In this document: in pieces, positions 22,998-34,524 of the stretch
Position numbering within the stretch: position 1 is the first letter of the stretch
Layout: each line of letters starts with the position of its first letter
Assembly: GCA_002633005.1 (NCBI GenBank)
Contig: NMRA01000459.1
Location: 233,047 to 297,046 of the forward strand
Reading direction: 5' to 3'
DNA length: 64,000 nucleotides
Origin: Phoronis australis
Lineage: Eukaryota; Animalia; Phoronida
Notes under the pieces: model-generated
Seen by the model: only the letters and a program-made list of their open reading frames with translations
What the model was told of the DNA's origin: nothing
Database searches by the model: none
Position numbers and translations under genes: made by a program

Positions 22998-23748
22998 GAG
23001 GCATGGAACGCGAAAGCTCATCAAAAAAGTCTTTCAAACAATTCCTGACGAAAGTACCATCTCACAACATCTACTACTCCGTTATTCACTTTCCCCAGTG
23101 AGGGAATTTGCACAAAAAATCGCAAAATTCACAATTTTTGAGATACGCAAGAAGGGAAAACTCTTCAGTCGCCACAGACGATAAATGCTTGCATGCAGTC
23201 ACAGTCGTTTGACAGACAGCAGACTGAGAAGATAGATATTAACAAGAGATTATCATGAGTGATCAAACCTCGAATCCAAGGTCGACAGCACAGGACGAGG
23301 CAAACCAATGAAGCAAGCATTTTTCCAAAAAAAAAAAAAGAATTCCAAGTGCATTTTGGAATATATTTCAATACAATACCTTATAACCAATTTTAAACAG
23401 TTAGGACTTACATCAATTTCCTTTTAATGAGACTGGCTGCTGCTTGAAGTCATCATTGGTTATTCACAACAAAGGTCAAACGTAACATTTTCCATATAAG
23501 GGAAATGTGCTATGTTTATGTCTTGTCATACCAAATAAGGAGACGTGCTTTGCCTTGTGGCAGAAAAATCAACTAAGTGACGAGCAGTGAGCTGGCAGAT
23601 CATTTTTTTGAAATTTGAAACTAAAAGAAAAATGCTTTGACATCAACAGAAATTAAAAAATATCTGATGAACACATAGACTTTAGTTTCAGTGGCAGAGA
23701 ATTAATTTTAATAATGCAATTTAGTCTGTTTTTCGCGTTCCCGGCCTC
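22998..23748. mobile_element. 751-bp MITE with GAGGC..GGAACGCGAAA inverted termini at a TTAA-like site
   Basis: Left GAGGCATGGAACGCGAAA; right TTTCGCGTTCCCGGCCTC followed by TTAA. Related fragments at about 52080-52245 (same orientation) and about 53200-53360 (opposite orientation). Confidence 0.7.
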
Positions 23749-24259
23749 TTAAAGCTCCGTCCACTCACTGCACTTAGTTGTGCAGGACTTTTTATCGCTT
23801 CTGTAAGTGACTACTGGGTAAACAGAGGTCTAACAATAGTACATGTACATGAAATCTGAGTAAAATGAAAGTCTCCATTTCAAAACTCCAAGTTGTATAC
23901 AGCATTTTAGATAGAAAAGCAGAGTTACCCCACCACTGATCAGTCATGACACAACAGTCGAGCACTGCCTCATATACCGAAATTCTTAGTGAAATCAGTG
24001 CTTTACTATAAACACATGTTCTGTCCAAGAAGCAGAAGTTTCATTTAGACCACTTATTTACTATAAAATGGCCTCAACTTGTCCCTTCACTTGGAGGGGA
24101 AGTGGTGTCTGAGTTTACAAAGAACTGACAGTTCATTATTCCTTGAGGCCATGCTCAGTGCACAAACTGAGTCGCTGTGACAAATCAACTTGTACGGCGT
24201 GGACTTCACCAATAACCAGCCCCAGAAACTTTGAGGCACTTATTTGTACATATTAACCA

Positions 24260-24560
24260 CACCAGAACCTTCTGGAAAGATATTTATGAATTTGACATCA
24301 GTGATAGCAATGAAACAAAAATGAATGCTAAAAGTTCTTTTTGAAATCAAGAACACATAATACATATTCATCCACAAACTTAATTTTGATTCTAGTGAAA
24401 TGAGACACATAATATCAAAGATTGGGGGAGTGCTTTACCATCTATTAATGCTTTGGTGAATGTTATAAAACAGTATTATCTCACAGAGAAATATATTTTT
24501 AAAAAAATAGACAGTTTGATAGATTTAGAAATAGATGGTTAAAATATGCTCACATTATTG
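24260..24560 (+). mobile_element. Possible 3' fragment of a LINE (L1/Tx1-like) ORF2
   Basis: Broken frames give RTFWKDIYE, YYLTEKYIFK and RFRNRWLKY, resembling the tail after the zf-RVT region; followed by a tandem repeat. Confidence 0.4.
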
Positions 24561-24592
24561 AAAATTAAGTGACCATTGAGTGAGTGCGTGCA

Positions 24593-24742
24593 TGTATGTG
24601 TTCATTGTGATTTACATTGCAATATTACCGTGTATGTGTTCATTGTGATTTACATTGCAATATTACCGTGTATGTGCTCATTGTGATTTATATAGCAATA
24701 TTACCGTGTATGTGTTCATTGTGATTTACATTGTAATATTAC
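24593..24742. repeat. Minisatellite, 38-bp unit, about 4 copies
   Basis: GTGTATGTGTTCATTGTGATTTACATTGCAATATTACC repeated with period 38. Confidence 0.92.
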
Positions 24743-24881
24743 TTGATAGTAAATGTCAGTTTTTTAAAACCCTGATAGCACCTCTATTTAGGTCAATTTT
24801 ATAACAAGCACTCTAAATCAAGGTTTATAGTCACTTTAACATTCCTTACAAGAATATTGAGTAAATCTTGAACAGGCACAG

Positions 24882-25151
24882 AAATTTTAACGTAAGGAAA
24901 TGTATAACAAAATCTTTTAAGTCTGGTCTGCGCGCCACCTGTTGGCCACATAGAGTTACCTAATAGAAATATTTCTGCCCCGTCCAGGACTCGAACACGG
25001 GACTACATTGTCTACAGGTCCCAGGTTCAAGTCCCCGACAGGGGAAAAATCGTTTCACATTAATGTTCATTAGGTCATGTGATGTGGTCAATAGGTTGTG
25101 TGCAGACCACACTTAAAAATGTTTGCGATACATTTCCTTACGTCAAAATTT
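24882..25151. repeat. Inverted pair of repeats with tRNA B-box-like heads at the centre
   Basis: Outer arms aaattttaacgtaaggaaatgtat and atacatttccttacgtcaaaattt; inner GTTCGAGTCC on the minus strand (about 24987-24996) and GGTTCAAGTCC on the plus strand (about 25024-25034). Confidence 0.75.
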
Positions 25152-25259
25152 CGAAGTAACAGACACTAAGACATCAGCTGACCATGACGACTTTTACAAA
25201 AGTAAGTTTTAGTCAGTAGTCACATGTGTAAGCACCACAGAAACAGCACATAAATCCTC

Positions 25260-28200
25260 TCACTCGATCACTGTTTCAGCAACCAAAACATGTGGCATGA
25301 GTCTATCTCCTCTTTCAATTTGCTTCATGTTGTGTGCTGTGAAGAACTTTTTGGCATATTCGTATGACGATATCATTATTGCACACGCTGGTGCCACCTT
25401 GGCAATCCGAGGAAGTGTCCCTGGAATACGACAAGATTTGTAAGAACCCTGACCTCAACAAAACTTATTAAGAGCTCTAACTTGTGAAAGGGCAAGTTGG
25501 ATCAAGAGGAAACATCACAATTTGACAAAGATTTGATACAAAAAGCGCGACTAAATGTTAATTTCAGTAAGACTGTTTTATATTAAGTAGAATTCTTCTG
25601 CCTGCTAAGCCTAGAAGTAGCAACAGATGTCAATAACACTCAGATAGTCAATACTGGCTAAAGTACCTGTAAAAAGGATCAACCCACTGCAGCAGCAAAA
25701 ATCTTGGATAAGGTATGCCAAATGTTGACAATTAGAAAAATTTGATGTTTGCCCAGTATACTTTGAAAATTGCAGTATCTCTGACATAGGGCAAAACTTA
25801 TTTAAACAGCATACATGTACATGTGATATAGGACAACACTTATTTGCTCACACAGGATATTAAATGCAAGAAGGTTTCAGTGAAGAACATGAATAAAGAT
25901 CAACTAACAAAACAATGTCACGCACACTCTTCAGCTTCTTCACACACAATTTAGTTCCAATTATAATCAGACGTTTATTTGAATTGATGTTCTGTGCTGT
26001 TCACACTCTGTCAGTTTTCTGTTGTCTCATTTAAAACCCTCCCAGAATGTTTTACAACAAGATTGATGAAAGACAATGGCAGTTTTAAGAGATTATGTAA
26101 TGCATTCCTTTCTGCAAAATTAACACCAGGTGAGTTAGTTATTACTATGCAAAAAAATGAAACTAAGTTGAGTTCCCAGTGAACCCTACAATTTTAATCG
26201 GTTCAAATTTAACACAAAAATGCTATCATCCATTTATCAGGATGACTGTAGTCGGGTTATGTAATAGAATTAACAGGCTCAGACAAATCCTGATAACATT
26301 AATAGTTAATCCCCTGCAAAGATCAGAAAACAATGGTTGAGTTGATGAACAATTGGTCAACTCTAAGGGCTAGTGCAAACATAGAGCCGCAGGCATCGAA
26401 CGCAAATAACCTCAACTCATGGGTCAAATCTGCAACAAAATGAACCTGAAGACCTTGCCTCCTTGGGTGGTGAGGCAAATGTTTCACCTGTTGGATTTCT
26501 TTTACCTGGTGAGCATAAATTATCATACTAAGCAGGCTAAGAACCCAGTCAATTACTTTCGATAGCCAATGAAAATCAATTATTGCATCACACAGCAACA
26601 ACAAATATCTCTTACTCGCTGATTGTAACCGTGTGTACTACATATATGGCGATTTCTATCAAATCAGTGAGAAATTTGTCTCGCTATGTGCAGGGAACAA
26701 TAACATGAGATAATTTTTACTTTAGACAGATATCTGAGCTCAAAACTCTCCACCTACGCTGGGCCTAACACTGGCTGATAACAGATGACCAATGTTTTAT
26801 CAGGAACTTCAGAACTCAAAGCACACATCGTCAACCAGATAGCAGTGGTAGTCATAAAAAGACTTCATGGCATAACATCCAGAATTCAGAGACATTTGCT
26901 ATGGGTTTTGAATGTAATTTTGCTTATGGTGCGAAATTTTTTTTCAACAAGACAATAAGGCCCTATGGCATTTCCTGTTCAGTGAACCTAAAAGTCATCA
27001 ATACATGTCACATAAGCCAGGACAATACACAATCACAATTTTCGTAAGTAAACAAACCTGCAAATAGTCCAGCAACACCCCGTTGAGCATGCAGTCTCCT
27101 AATAAGTGACCAGGTAGACTCAATGTTAACATCTGAAAGGGCAAAACTCAGAGGTTATGCAAATGATCAAAACCCAAAACAATTCTATGTACAATAACAA
27201 CCTTCAGGAAGAACAGAAGTTACTGTATTTGAGAAGACTTTTGATGATTTTTTAGTCTTTATTAAACATTTATTAATAATTATGCACATGTATAAATTCA
27301 AATATCATTTCAAATTGAGTAAAATTACTGTTTTATATATTTTGACAAATTCATAAGCATTGAAAGCTTCTAGTCAACTGTTTAGTAAACACTTGTCAGT
27401 ATAATTTGCATTTAAAGTTATTTAGAACCCTAGAAAAATGGCCACATTTGGCTAACTTTGGTGCATCATATCTCAGAAATGGATTGGATTGACATGAAAC
27501 TTTCAAATGCTATGCATTGTGTGCTATTCTCAAAAACACCATTAGGTATGGTTATTAAAATGTTCTACTTTTGAGGGGCTATCAAAAAATAGCATTTTTA
27601 TGAGATTCACAATTTTTAATAAAACTTTCAAGACGCATAAAACCATAATGAAATGATATTTCAGAAAACTGTAACAATGTTTTTGACATCTAATCATCAA
27701 CAAGTAAAATTTAATAACGCTACCGCTGTTTTCCTCACAATGCATCTTTCTTTTATTGCAAAATTTTCCAAATAACAAAATATTGGCAAAAAGTCAAAAA
27801 GAGCAATGCAGAGCATTGAAATGCGCCCACGAATGCACCGCAAACGGTGTGCTTCTACGGTTGTTTGTTTCATAAAAAAGCCACTAGATGGCACAAAAAC
27901 ATCCAATCCAACAGAAAATGATAAAATGCCATCGCTTCTTTAAAAGAAAGTTATTTACCAAATTTCATAAGAATCGGTCTAGGAACTTCAGAGAAACGAA
28001 GGAAAACGGAAAAAGTGAAATTGCCACTATGGGGCATAGCGTTCATTGGATCAGCCTGAAAGACGCCGTCTGTTGTTAGCTTCATATAAATACAATTACT
28101 AAATTTAATAAAAATCATGCAGTGTGCTAAGGAGATGCAGCTATGGGGGCAAAACAAAACAAAACTGTCACTAGACGCCGCCACAGTAGACAAATTCTCT

Positions 28201-31200
28201 ATGTAGTCAACCGCTCTCTTCACACTGAGAACATACACGCCAATTTTCAAAATCATTCCTAGACTGGTTTGGTTGATTGAGGGGTGGACGCCAAAAGCAA
28301 ACTAAAATACAGAAAAAAGGCCACTAGGTGACACAAAGTACCTCCATTCCATCCAAAAATGGGGGAATAGCATCATCTCACCAATGGATGCCTATATTCC
28401 AAATTTTCTGAATATCTGTTGAGGACCTTTGAAGATACAGAGGTAAACCTAAAAACTGAAATTGCCACTAGGGGGCACATCGGTAGTCAGATGCGTCTGA
28501 AAGTCATCGTCATGTATTGTCAACATCACATAAATACACTTGCTAAATTTAGTAAAGATCCTGCCAACTGTTTAGGAGATACAGCCATGGGCGCAAAAAA
28601 ACTGTCACTAGGAGGCGCCACAGTAGACGAAATCGTTGCACAATCACCATCAGCCGTTCTCTTCAAAGTAAAAACATACATTCCAATTTTCACAATCATC
28701 CTTAGAGCAGTTTGGTTGATAGAGGGGTGGACGCTAAAAACAGACTCGAAAACGGCAAAAATGGCCACTAGGTGACGCAAATTTTGTCCAAACCAACCGA
28801 AAACGAAAGGATAGCGTCCTCTCACTAATACATGCCTATATGGCAAATTTTATGAAAATACGTTGAGGACCTTTGAATATATAAAGCATAAACAAATAAA
28901 ATTGCCACAAGGGAGCCACCAGTAGTCGGATCCGTCCAAAATTTCGCTCATGCCGTCCCATCCATGAAGGAACATAATGTGCCACATTTCATGAACATAT
29001 GTAAAAGAGTTTTGGAGATAGAGCATAATGTGTCCAACATATAAATATGTGGGCGCATAAAAATCAAAATTCTACAAGCTTTCTAAAATATAAAGCATTC
29101 TGGATATAAGATGCTTCATAACCTTAACAAACATAATAAGACTCAGACGATCACACCAAAGCATTGTAAGTCACACAACTACCTTTCTTAAAAGCCATAG
29201 TGCCCAGCTCAATCTGTCGGTGTGTTTTAATCACATCAAATGGAACAGTTAAAATGCCAGCAATCTGCAAAGAAATACAAGGCAGTGACATAAACATGCA
29301 ACAATTTCTTTGCTAAGCTGCTGTTTGCTCTAAATATGCGACAGAAATTTTAACACAGTTTGATTCGCCACTGACAGTGAGATTTTACAAAGTATTTTGT
29401 TTTGAATGCTTGCTGCCTATTCTCTGCTGGACATGTAATATGTTACAGGCATCGCCTATTTAGTTTTGACAGCAGATGGAGAAAGGTTTTAAAAACACAG
29501 ATGACAACCTGGTCAATTGTTTAGAATTCTGAGCAGCAGTGTCACACACAGTGATACACAATCCAATTATCTGCCAGGCTTTGAAATTGAAGTCATAACA
29601 GATGTGATAATTGCTCTGCTTCACATTCAAAGAACTTAATAAACTAGAATTCATGATAACGTCTAGTAGGTTGATGCTGATGGTTATTTCACATAATTAT
29701 GTACTGAAAAAGTACAAGATACTGTAGAAGGGGGGCGTTTTTTTAAAGATCAGATATGTGTAGCTTGTTGTAAACATGTAAGTGAAAGAGCGCCCCTTTC
29801 AGGAAACAATCCAAGACTTACTGTTCCAGATATGGAGCCGGCTAAGAACGTCTGGTAGAAGGTGGGCTTGGTCTGCTCCGACCAGCGCAGCTGGTAAGCC
29901 TTGAGCCACTCGTAGTTAAGCCAATAGATGGCTGAGAATGGAACGTCTCGTAGTAGAGTGGGACCCAGTCCACGCCAGAGAGACAGTATACCATCGCTGC
30001 TTATAGCCGCCCGAACTGCCACACAGATCTCCTTGTAGCTGTGCCGGTTAGACTGCAACTTGGTTCGGATCAGCTCTAAAGGGCTAATCACCGTCACCGC
30101 ACCAACTGAAAGTAGAAACAGATGCTTTAAGTTTCAAAGTTGTGCGTTAGTGTTTGAACGTGCCCACAATGTACATGAACTTACAGTAATAATAATGTTG
30201 AGAAAATTCAGTCTGTATTTGCAGAACAAGGAGAATTTGAACCCAAAAGAAAATTTATACTTCACAATTTTTTCACATAACAAAATTAATTGCAAAAATA
30301 AAACAAAGAACAACCACTGGCGCCACCTGTCATGAGTACACTGTGTCTGACAACCTGTGAGCTATTAACGGCACTCCGTAGACCAACTTATTGTGTGATA
30401 TTGACAAACTTCCATGGAAATCAAAATGATCCAAGCTCTATCCACAAGCACATCTCTTCTCAAATAACTAACAACCTATTACCTCCACCCTTATTTGATT
30501 GATTGACTTACTGCGTGCTATAGACCCTGCTGCCATCACAATGTACAGGGTGTCCCGTCTTTCCTCGCGGTACCCCATAGCATACTTTATCTTGTCGTAG
30601 GCAGTAAAGTAAATCATAGTGGCAGGCACTGCCATGATTCTAAAATGGAAGAAACATGTGATGAGTTGAAACTCGTCAACAACCATTTGATACGTCTCCA
30701 TTTTGGTCAATATGAATTCATATTAGATCAATGACCATCACTCTAATATCAGTCTGATCACCATTCATGGACCACCTATTTTAATCATTCGTCATCGTTC
30801 AGTAAGAAATCATATTTATTATCATAATGTGATGATAAGCCTTGAATGAAAACTTATATCAATCATTAATAGGAACTGTCATACCATACCATTCACAGGA
30901 ATCAATAGAAATGGTTGAAATAAATTCCTCCGAAGATCTTTCATGACAAATTAAAGTTAAGACTAAATTTCTTGCATAACAACCATAATCTTTGTAGGAA
31001 GACACACTGGCCAATCACAGGCAATATGATCATAGGTCAATCCCAGGGACTAAGACCATAAATACAATGGCCAATCACAGGAAACATGACAATAAAATAA
31101 ATGTTTCTGAAGGACCCAGTCATGCATAGTCTGTCAGTCCCTAAGAAACAAACTAGATTTTCCACAATGTAACCAACAAAGTACCAATGTCCTAAGATTT

Positions 31201-33916
31201 GGTAATTACAACAGTCAGAATTTGGATGCACAGCTGATCAAAGCTGATTGGCCAGAGTGTATATGAGTCTGCTCACAGGATTGACTTGAAAGAGCAACCA
31301 ACCTAAAATGCTGGCATCAGTAGTTTTGTTAAACGAAATCATGTGATCATCGACATTCGATATCTGGTAAATACTCACAACGTGGGAGGGAGGCCACTCC
31401 ACAGGGAACGGATTCCTTCATTCCTTGCTATCTTGACAAATGCATCCTAAAATAATTAAAACACAAGTAGTTTTGTGCAAAACAAGCTACTGGTGATCAA
31501 AATTGAATTAGAAAGCAATCTAAAAATTTCCCAATGTTTGACAATATTTTTTTCAAGTTCTCGGTATTGTCTGTATACTGAGTGATAAGTAAATTTTCAG
31601 AAGTCTAGTCTTCTAGAAAAGAACTTCAGGGAAAGATCAAAACACATTTTCATATAAAATGAAATTTCTCCATTCAGTTGAAAGATGGTGCAAAATAAAA
31701 TGTTACAGAGATTTGATTTCAGTAAAGACGAGACAAAATAGCATTTCTCAAATGGAACCTTGCATTTTCAATTAGAACATTGCCTTTTCACATGTGATAT
31801 TTCTGAAATTGTGCCATGTCCTAACACTAATGGCAAATAGAAAAAGAGAAATATATGTGATAGGTGTTTTCCCTACCATGTGAATTTCATTGGAACTTTT
31901 AACAAGTAGCTTGACACAAATTAAAGTTATGGTTTTGGTGAATAGTAAATAGGTTTAAAGCAAGTGTTTAGTTTGATTTGTTATAATAATAATAAAAATG
32001 AAATATTCATGAATGATACATTTGCTACTTATCCTCCACACTGTGTACGATATTGGTGACTTGCAAAATCATATTAGTATAAAAATAAATTGTATCATAA
32101 TCTCAAGTTGTATAAATCCACTTTAGCTCAGGCCAGGTTTCAGTACACAACAGCCATCAAAGCAATGCAAAGCATTGAAATTCATCTATGACTGCACCAC
32201 AAAGAATGTGCTTCAAGGGATGTTTATTAGTATCTACAAGGCACAGAATATGTCGACCCTGTCTGAAAATGGAAAAGCCTCAACGTCACAAGAGCACAAA
32301 CTTATTTGCAAAATTTCATGAAAATACGTCCAGGAACTCGGAACATACAGACTGAGATAGATGTAAAAAAATAATGTACAAAAATAATTGCCATTAGGAG
32401 GCACAATGGTAGTCTGATACGTCAACAAGAAGTTGTCATCTGTTGACATGTTTATAGAAATGCCAGATCCTACAAGGGTTTTCAGAAATACAAAGTTCTG
32501 TAAATATGGAAATAATTGCCATAAGGGAGTACCACAATACATGGACCATCCCAAAATCACCATCAGTCGCGCCGTCGTCAGCAGGAAAACATCAGCCAAT
32601 TTTCCAGTTTGACCGATAGAGAGGCGGACGCCAAAAACAATTGAAATTGCCACTAAATGACACAAACAATATCAAATCCTGCCAAAAAAATTAATGAAAA
32701 TCTATAAAGGAATCCCGAAGAAACAGAGGCAAAAGTGAAAAATGTAAATTGTCACTAGGGGCACTGCAGGAGTCGGATCAGTCTGAAGCTAGTTGTCCTC
32801 TGTCATCAGCTTCATAAGAACACATCCACCAAATCTAATAAGAATCCTTCAATGAGTTTAGGGGATACATCAGTGGACGCACGACACCCAGACAGGGATG
32901 ACGGTAATATGCACACAAATATGTCCACATGTGGGAGCATGGAAAACAAATTCTATACTTTCTACTCTCAGAGTTTTACTGAGTTGAATTGTACATTGTT
33001 GGAGATACTTTGCTGAGACGCGCAGAGTTATCAATAAGGTTGTACATAGCCTTGATTTCAAATGTTTTGCAGTATTTACACCAACCTCATCCCCATTTAA
33101 ATTGCCACGACACTCAGGTCACACAATTGTACAACAAACATCAAGCTTAAACTACTGGATATGTATCATCACTTGTATCGTAGGAAAAATTCAACATTGG
33201 CAATGAAATGAGAGATGCCAATTGTTGTTATGCAGCATGCAATGTATTTACCATGGTGCCATTAAAGTGCCCAGATAGTTTATACCAAGGCTTTAGCTTT
33301 GCACCATTGTTGCCGTTGAGACATTGACAGACATGTTCCATCAAGCCATTACAGTAGACAAAGCAATCGCCACGGTGGAAGGGCTTCTGTTGGGCTTGAA
33401 GTCTGATCTTCACAACATCCAGGGGTGTCACTGAAATAGACAGTAATTAAAGACTTAAATAATGACAGGTTCCTTCAAACCATTACATAAGAGTCATAAG
33501 ACAAAACTTGTTCCCCTGGTGAAAGGGTCAGTCACAACCCAGTTTTCAACGACTTTTTCCTGATCTCATCCGAAAAGGCCAATCTCTCTAGTATCAGGAC
33601 CATTTTTTGATATTATTATTACTTTTTGGTGGGCCAGCTCCCTCTAAACATGACCTAATTTTTACATGTTTGTAATTACGTATGATACGAACGGGTACAA
33701 ATTTGACACTACAATACAAAGTAAGAATGTCAACTATAGGTTGCGGAAAAGATACCCCACTTTGTCGAAAATGAAACTTGAGTCTCGGAGAGGTGCACAC
33801 TTACTGAACAAAGACGTTAACAGGGCCCCGGAGCACGAAGCGATCATCTGCTGTCCGGTCGTGATCATCTTCGGGTCGTAGTACACGAGATGATCTTCTT
33901 CTTTTCGTTCACTCAT
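25260..33916 (-). CDS. SLC25A40: Mitochondrial carrier SLC25A39/SLC25A40 (glutathione importer family), about 362 aa
   Basis: Exons 33916-33805, 33430-33252, 31446-31379, 30639-30512, 30105-29822, 29264-29183, 27132-27058, 25420-25260 (TGA); 1089 nt, phases consistent. Carrier motifs [20 protein letters not shown] and [10 protein letters not shown]; family loop [15 protein letters not shown]; C-terminal [18 protein letters not shown]. Probably co-orthologous to both vertebrate paralogs. Confidence 0.94.
27797..29063 (-). mobile_element. HINE-family element, near-intact copy in an SLC25A40 intron
   Basis: One end AAAAAGAGCAATGCAGAGCATTGAAATGCGCCCAC (short stem-loop plus subterminal repeat); other end GTGGGCGCATAAAAAT; internal GCCACTAGG tandem units. 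Confidence 0.8.
32159..32947 (-). mobile_element. HINE-family element, shorter diverged copy in SLC25A40 intron 2
   Basis: AAAGCAATGCAAAGCATTGAAAT at left and ATGTGGGAGCATGGAAAA at right; same internal blocks as the other copies. Confidence 0.7.
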
Positions 33917-34524
33917 AGCAACCCTCCAACGAACACCATCATCTGGTACCAACTGTTGGATTAGCCCATCGGATCATCAAACCATGATCAGTTGTAGTTC
34001 TAGCTCAGTCAAGGTACTCATGCTCTCTGTGTTCTGCGTGACTTCGATGCCCAGCTGCAGACGGCCACGAGCAAGATAACATTGCATAATGAAATACTAT
34101 CAATTTATAATACAACTTTGAACTTTTTGAGCCTAAAAAGTAATTAAATATGCACGAATGAAAAACTAGGTGTCTCTTGGTGGATTTAAATAGCAACTCA
34201 TGAGTATTTTGAATCAAATTGATGTGGCTGTTGATTAATTTTAATGCTTGGCTGCGGATCATTTGTTAGGTTTCGTACTTTTACGCAATAAGCATTTAAG
34301 TTATTAGTTTAACAGTTTTTAAAGAATTGAATAAATAGTTAAACATTGTACTTGTTTGTTTTTTTGCTTAATATATTTATTCTTTGGTAGCTTTTGTATC
34401 CTTTTTTCCGTCATGAGTTGCAATCACGTGATCTCAGTTGTGATATATCGTCGTCGTTGTTCTGCAAACGTGTGGCAAAATAACAGAAATCCTCCGGTAC
34501 TGTTGAGTTGTGAGAACCTCAAGC
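33917..34524. promoter_or_regulatory. Probable bidirectional promoter between SLC25A40 and the tetraspanin
   Basis: 608 nt between divergent ATGs; TCACGTGA E-box at 34424-34431. Confidence 0.5.

Noticed and set aside
24985-25050. tRNA gene
   Set aside because: Only T-arm/B-box-like pieces are present; I could not build a D-arm, anticodon arm or acceptor stem.
34396-34404. GTATCCTTT as a second U12 donor
   Set aside because: It lies upstream of the tetraspanin ATG in the probable promoter, with no matching branch site before exon 1; likely chance.
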